From the NCBI GenBank assembly GCA_944392155.1, contig CALXVR010000004.1, positions 9,645-73,644 of the forward strand: DNA of 64,000 bases. The letters are read 5' to 3'. Below, one piece after another: positions 63,963 through 64,000 of this stretch. This DNA comes from an uncultured Alphaproteobacteria bacterium (GTDB taxonomy: Bacteria; Pseudomonadota; Alphaproteobacteria; RF32; CAG-239). Position 1 is the stretch's first letter. The number at the start of each line of letters is the position of its first letter. Below the pieces are notes generated by a model that saw only the letters and a program-made list of their open reading frames with translations, ran no database searches and was not told where the DNA came from. Made by a program: the position numbers and the translations under genes.

Positions 63963-64000
63963 GATTAGTTATAATGCAGCCGTATTTTTTTCCATACTTG
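63959..64000 (+). CDS. WbqC-like family protein (N-terminal 14 codons only; continues beyond the window)
   Basis: ATGA overlap with the SDR stop. MRLVIMQPYFFPYL matches the characteristic WbqC-family N-terminus (MQPYFFPY). Confidence 0.55.
   Translation, partial: MRLVIMQPYFFPYL

Overview
64-kb chromosomal window from an AT-rich (roughly 40% G+C by eye) diderm, flagellated bacterium. MlaA/MlaC, an Slt70-type lytic transglycosylase, AccBC, MotAB and FlgE support this; the taxon cannot be assigned by eye. It holds about 70 protein genes and 2 tRNAs (Met-CAT, Phe-GAA). I see no rRNA, CRISPR array, transposase or integrase. Much of the window is envelope-glycan biology: ugd-galE, nagBA, and two MBOAT + AlgJ/AlgX-like O-acylation modules, one of which sits inside the rfbA-rfbC-rfbD...rfbB dTDP-rhamnose operon. 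Directly after tRNA-Phe lies an AT-rich DegT-ACP-SDR-AMP ligase-KASIII-KASIII-ACP-SDR-WbqC cluster, predicted to make an N-acylated amino sugar. Accessory-looking items are: (i) a tight AT-rich three-gene cassette of a degenerate SNF2-like ATPase, an IbrA-like PAPS-reductase/PP-loop protein and an IbrB-like ParB-domain protein, my top candidate for an uncharacterised DNA-modification or defence-type system; (ii) an orphan phage tail-fibre-like gene trio; (iii) two Cys-rich secreted proteins sharing a 5-Cys module; (iv) two families of long palindromic intergenic repeats whose stems covary; (v) GC-richer inserts of ~150-180 bp after both tRNA genes, each bracketed by a direct duplication of the tRNA 3' end and terminator. 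All functional calls come from motif recognition by eye in the supplied translations, not from database searches. Several start codons were moved from the ORF-track start to an internal ATG that has a Shine-Dalgarno sequence.
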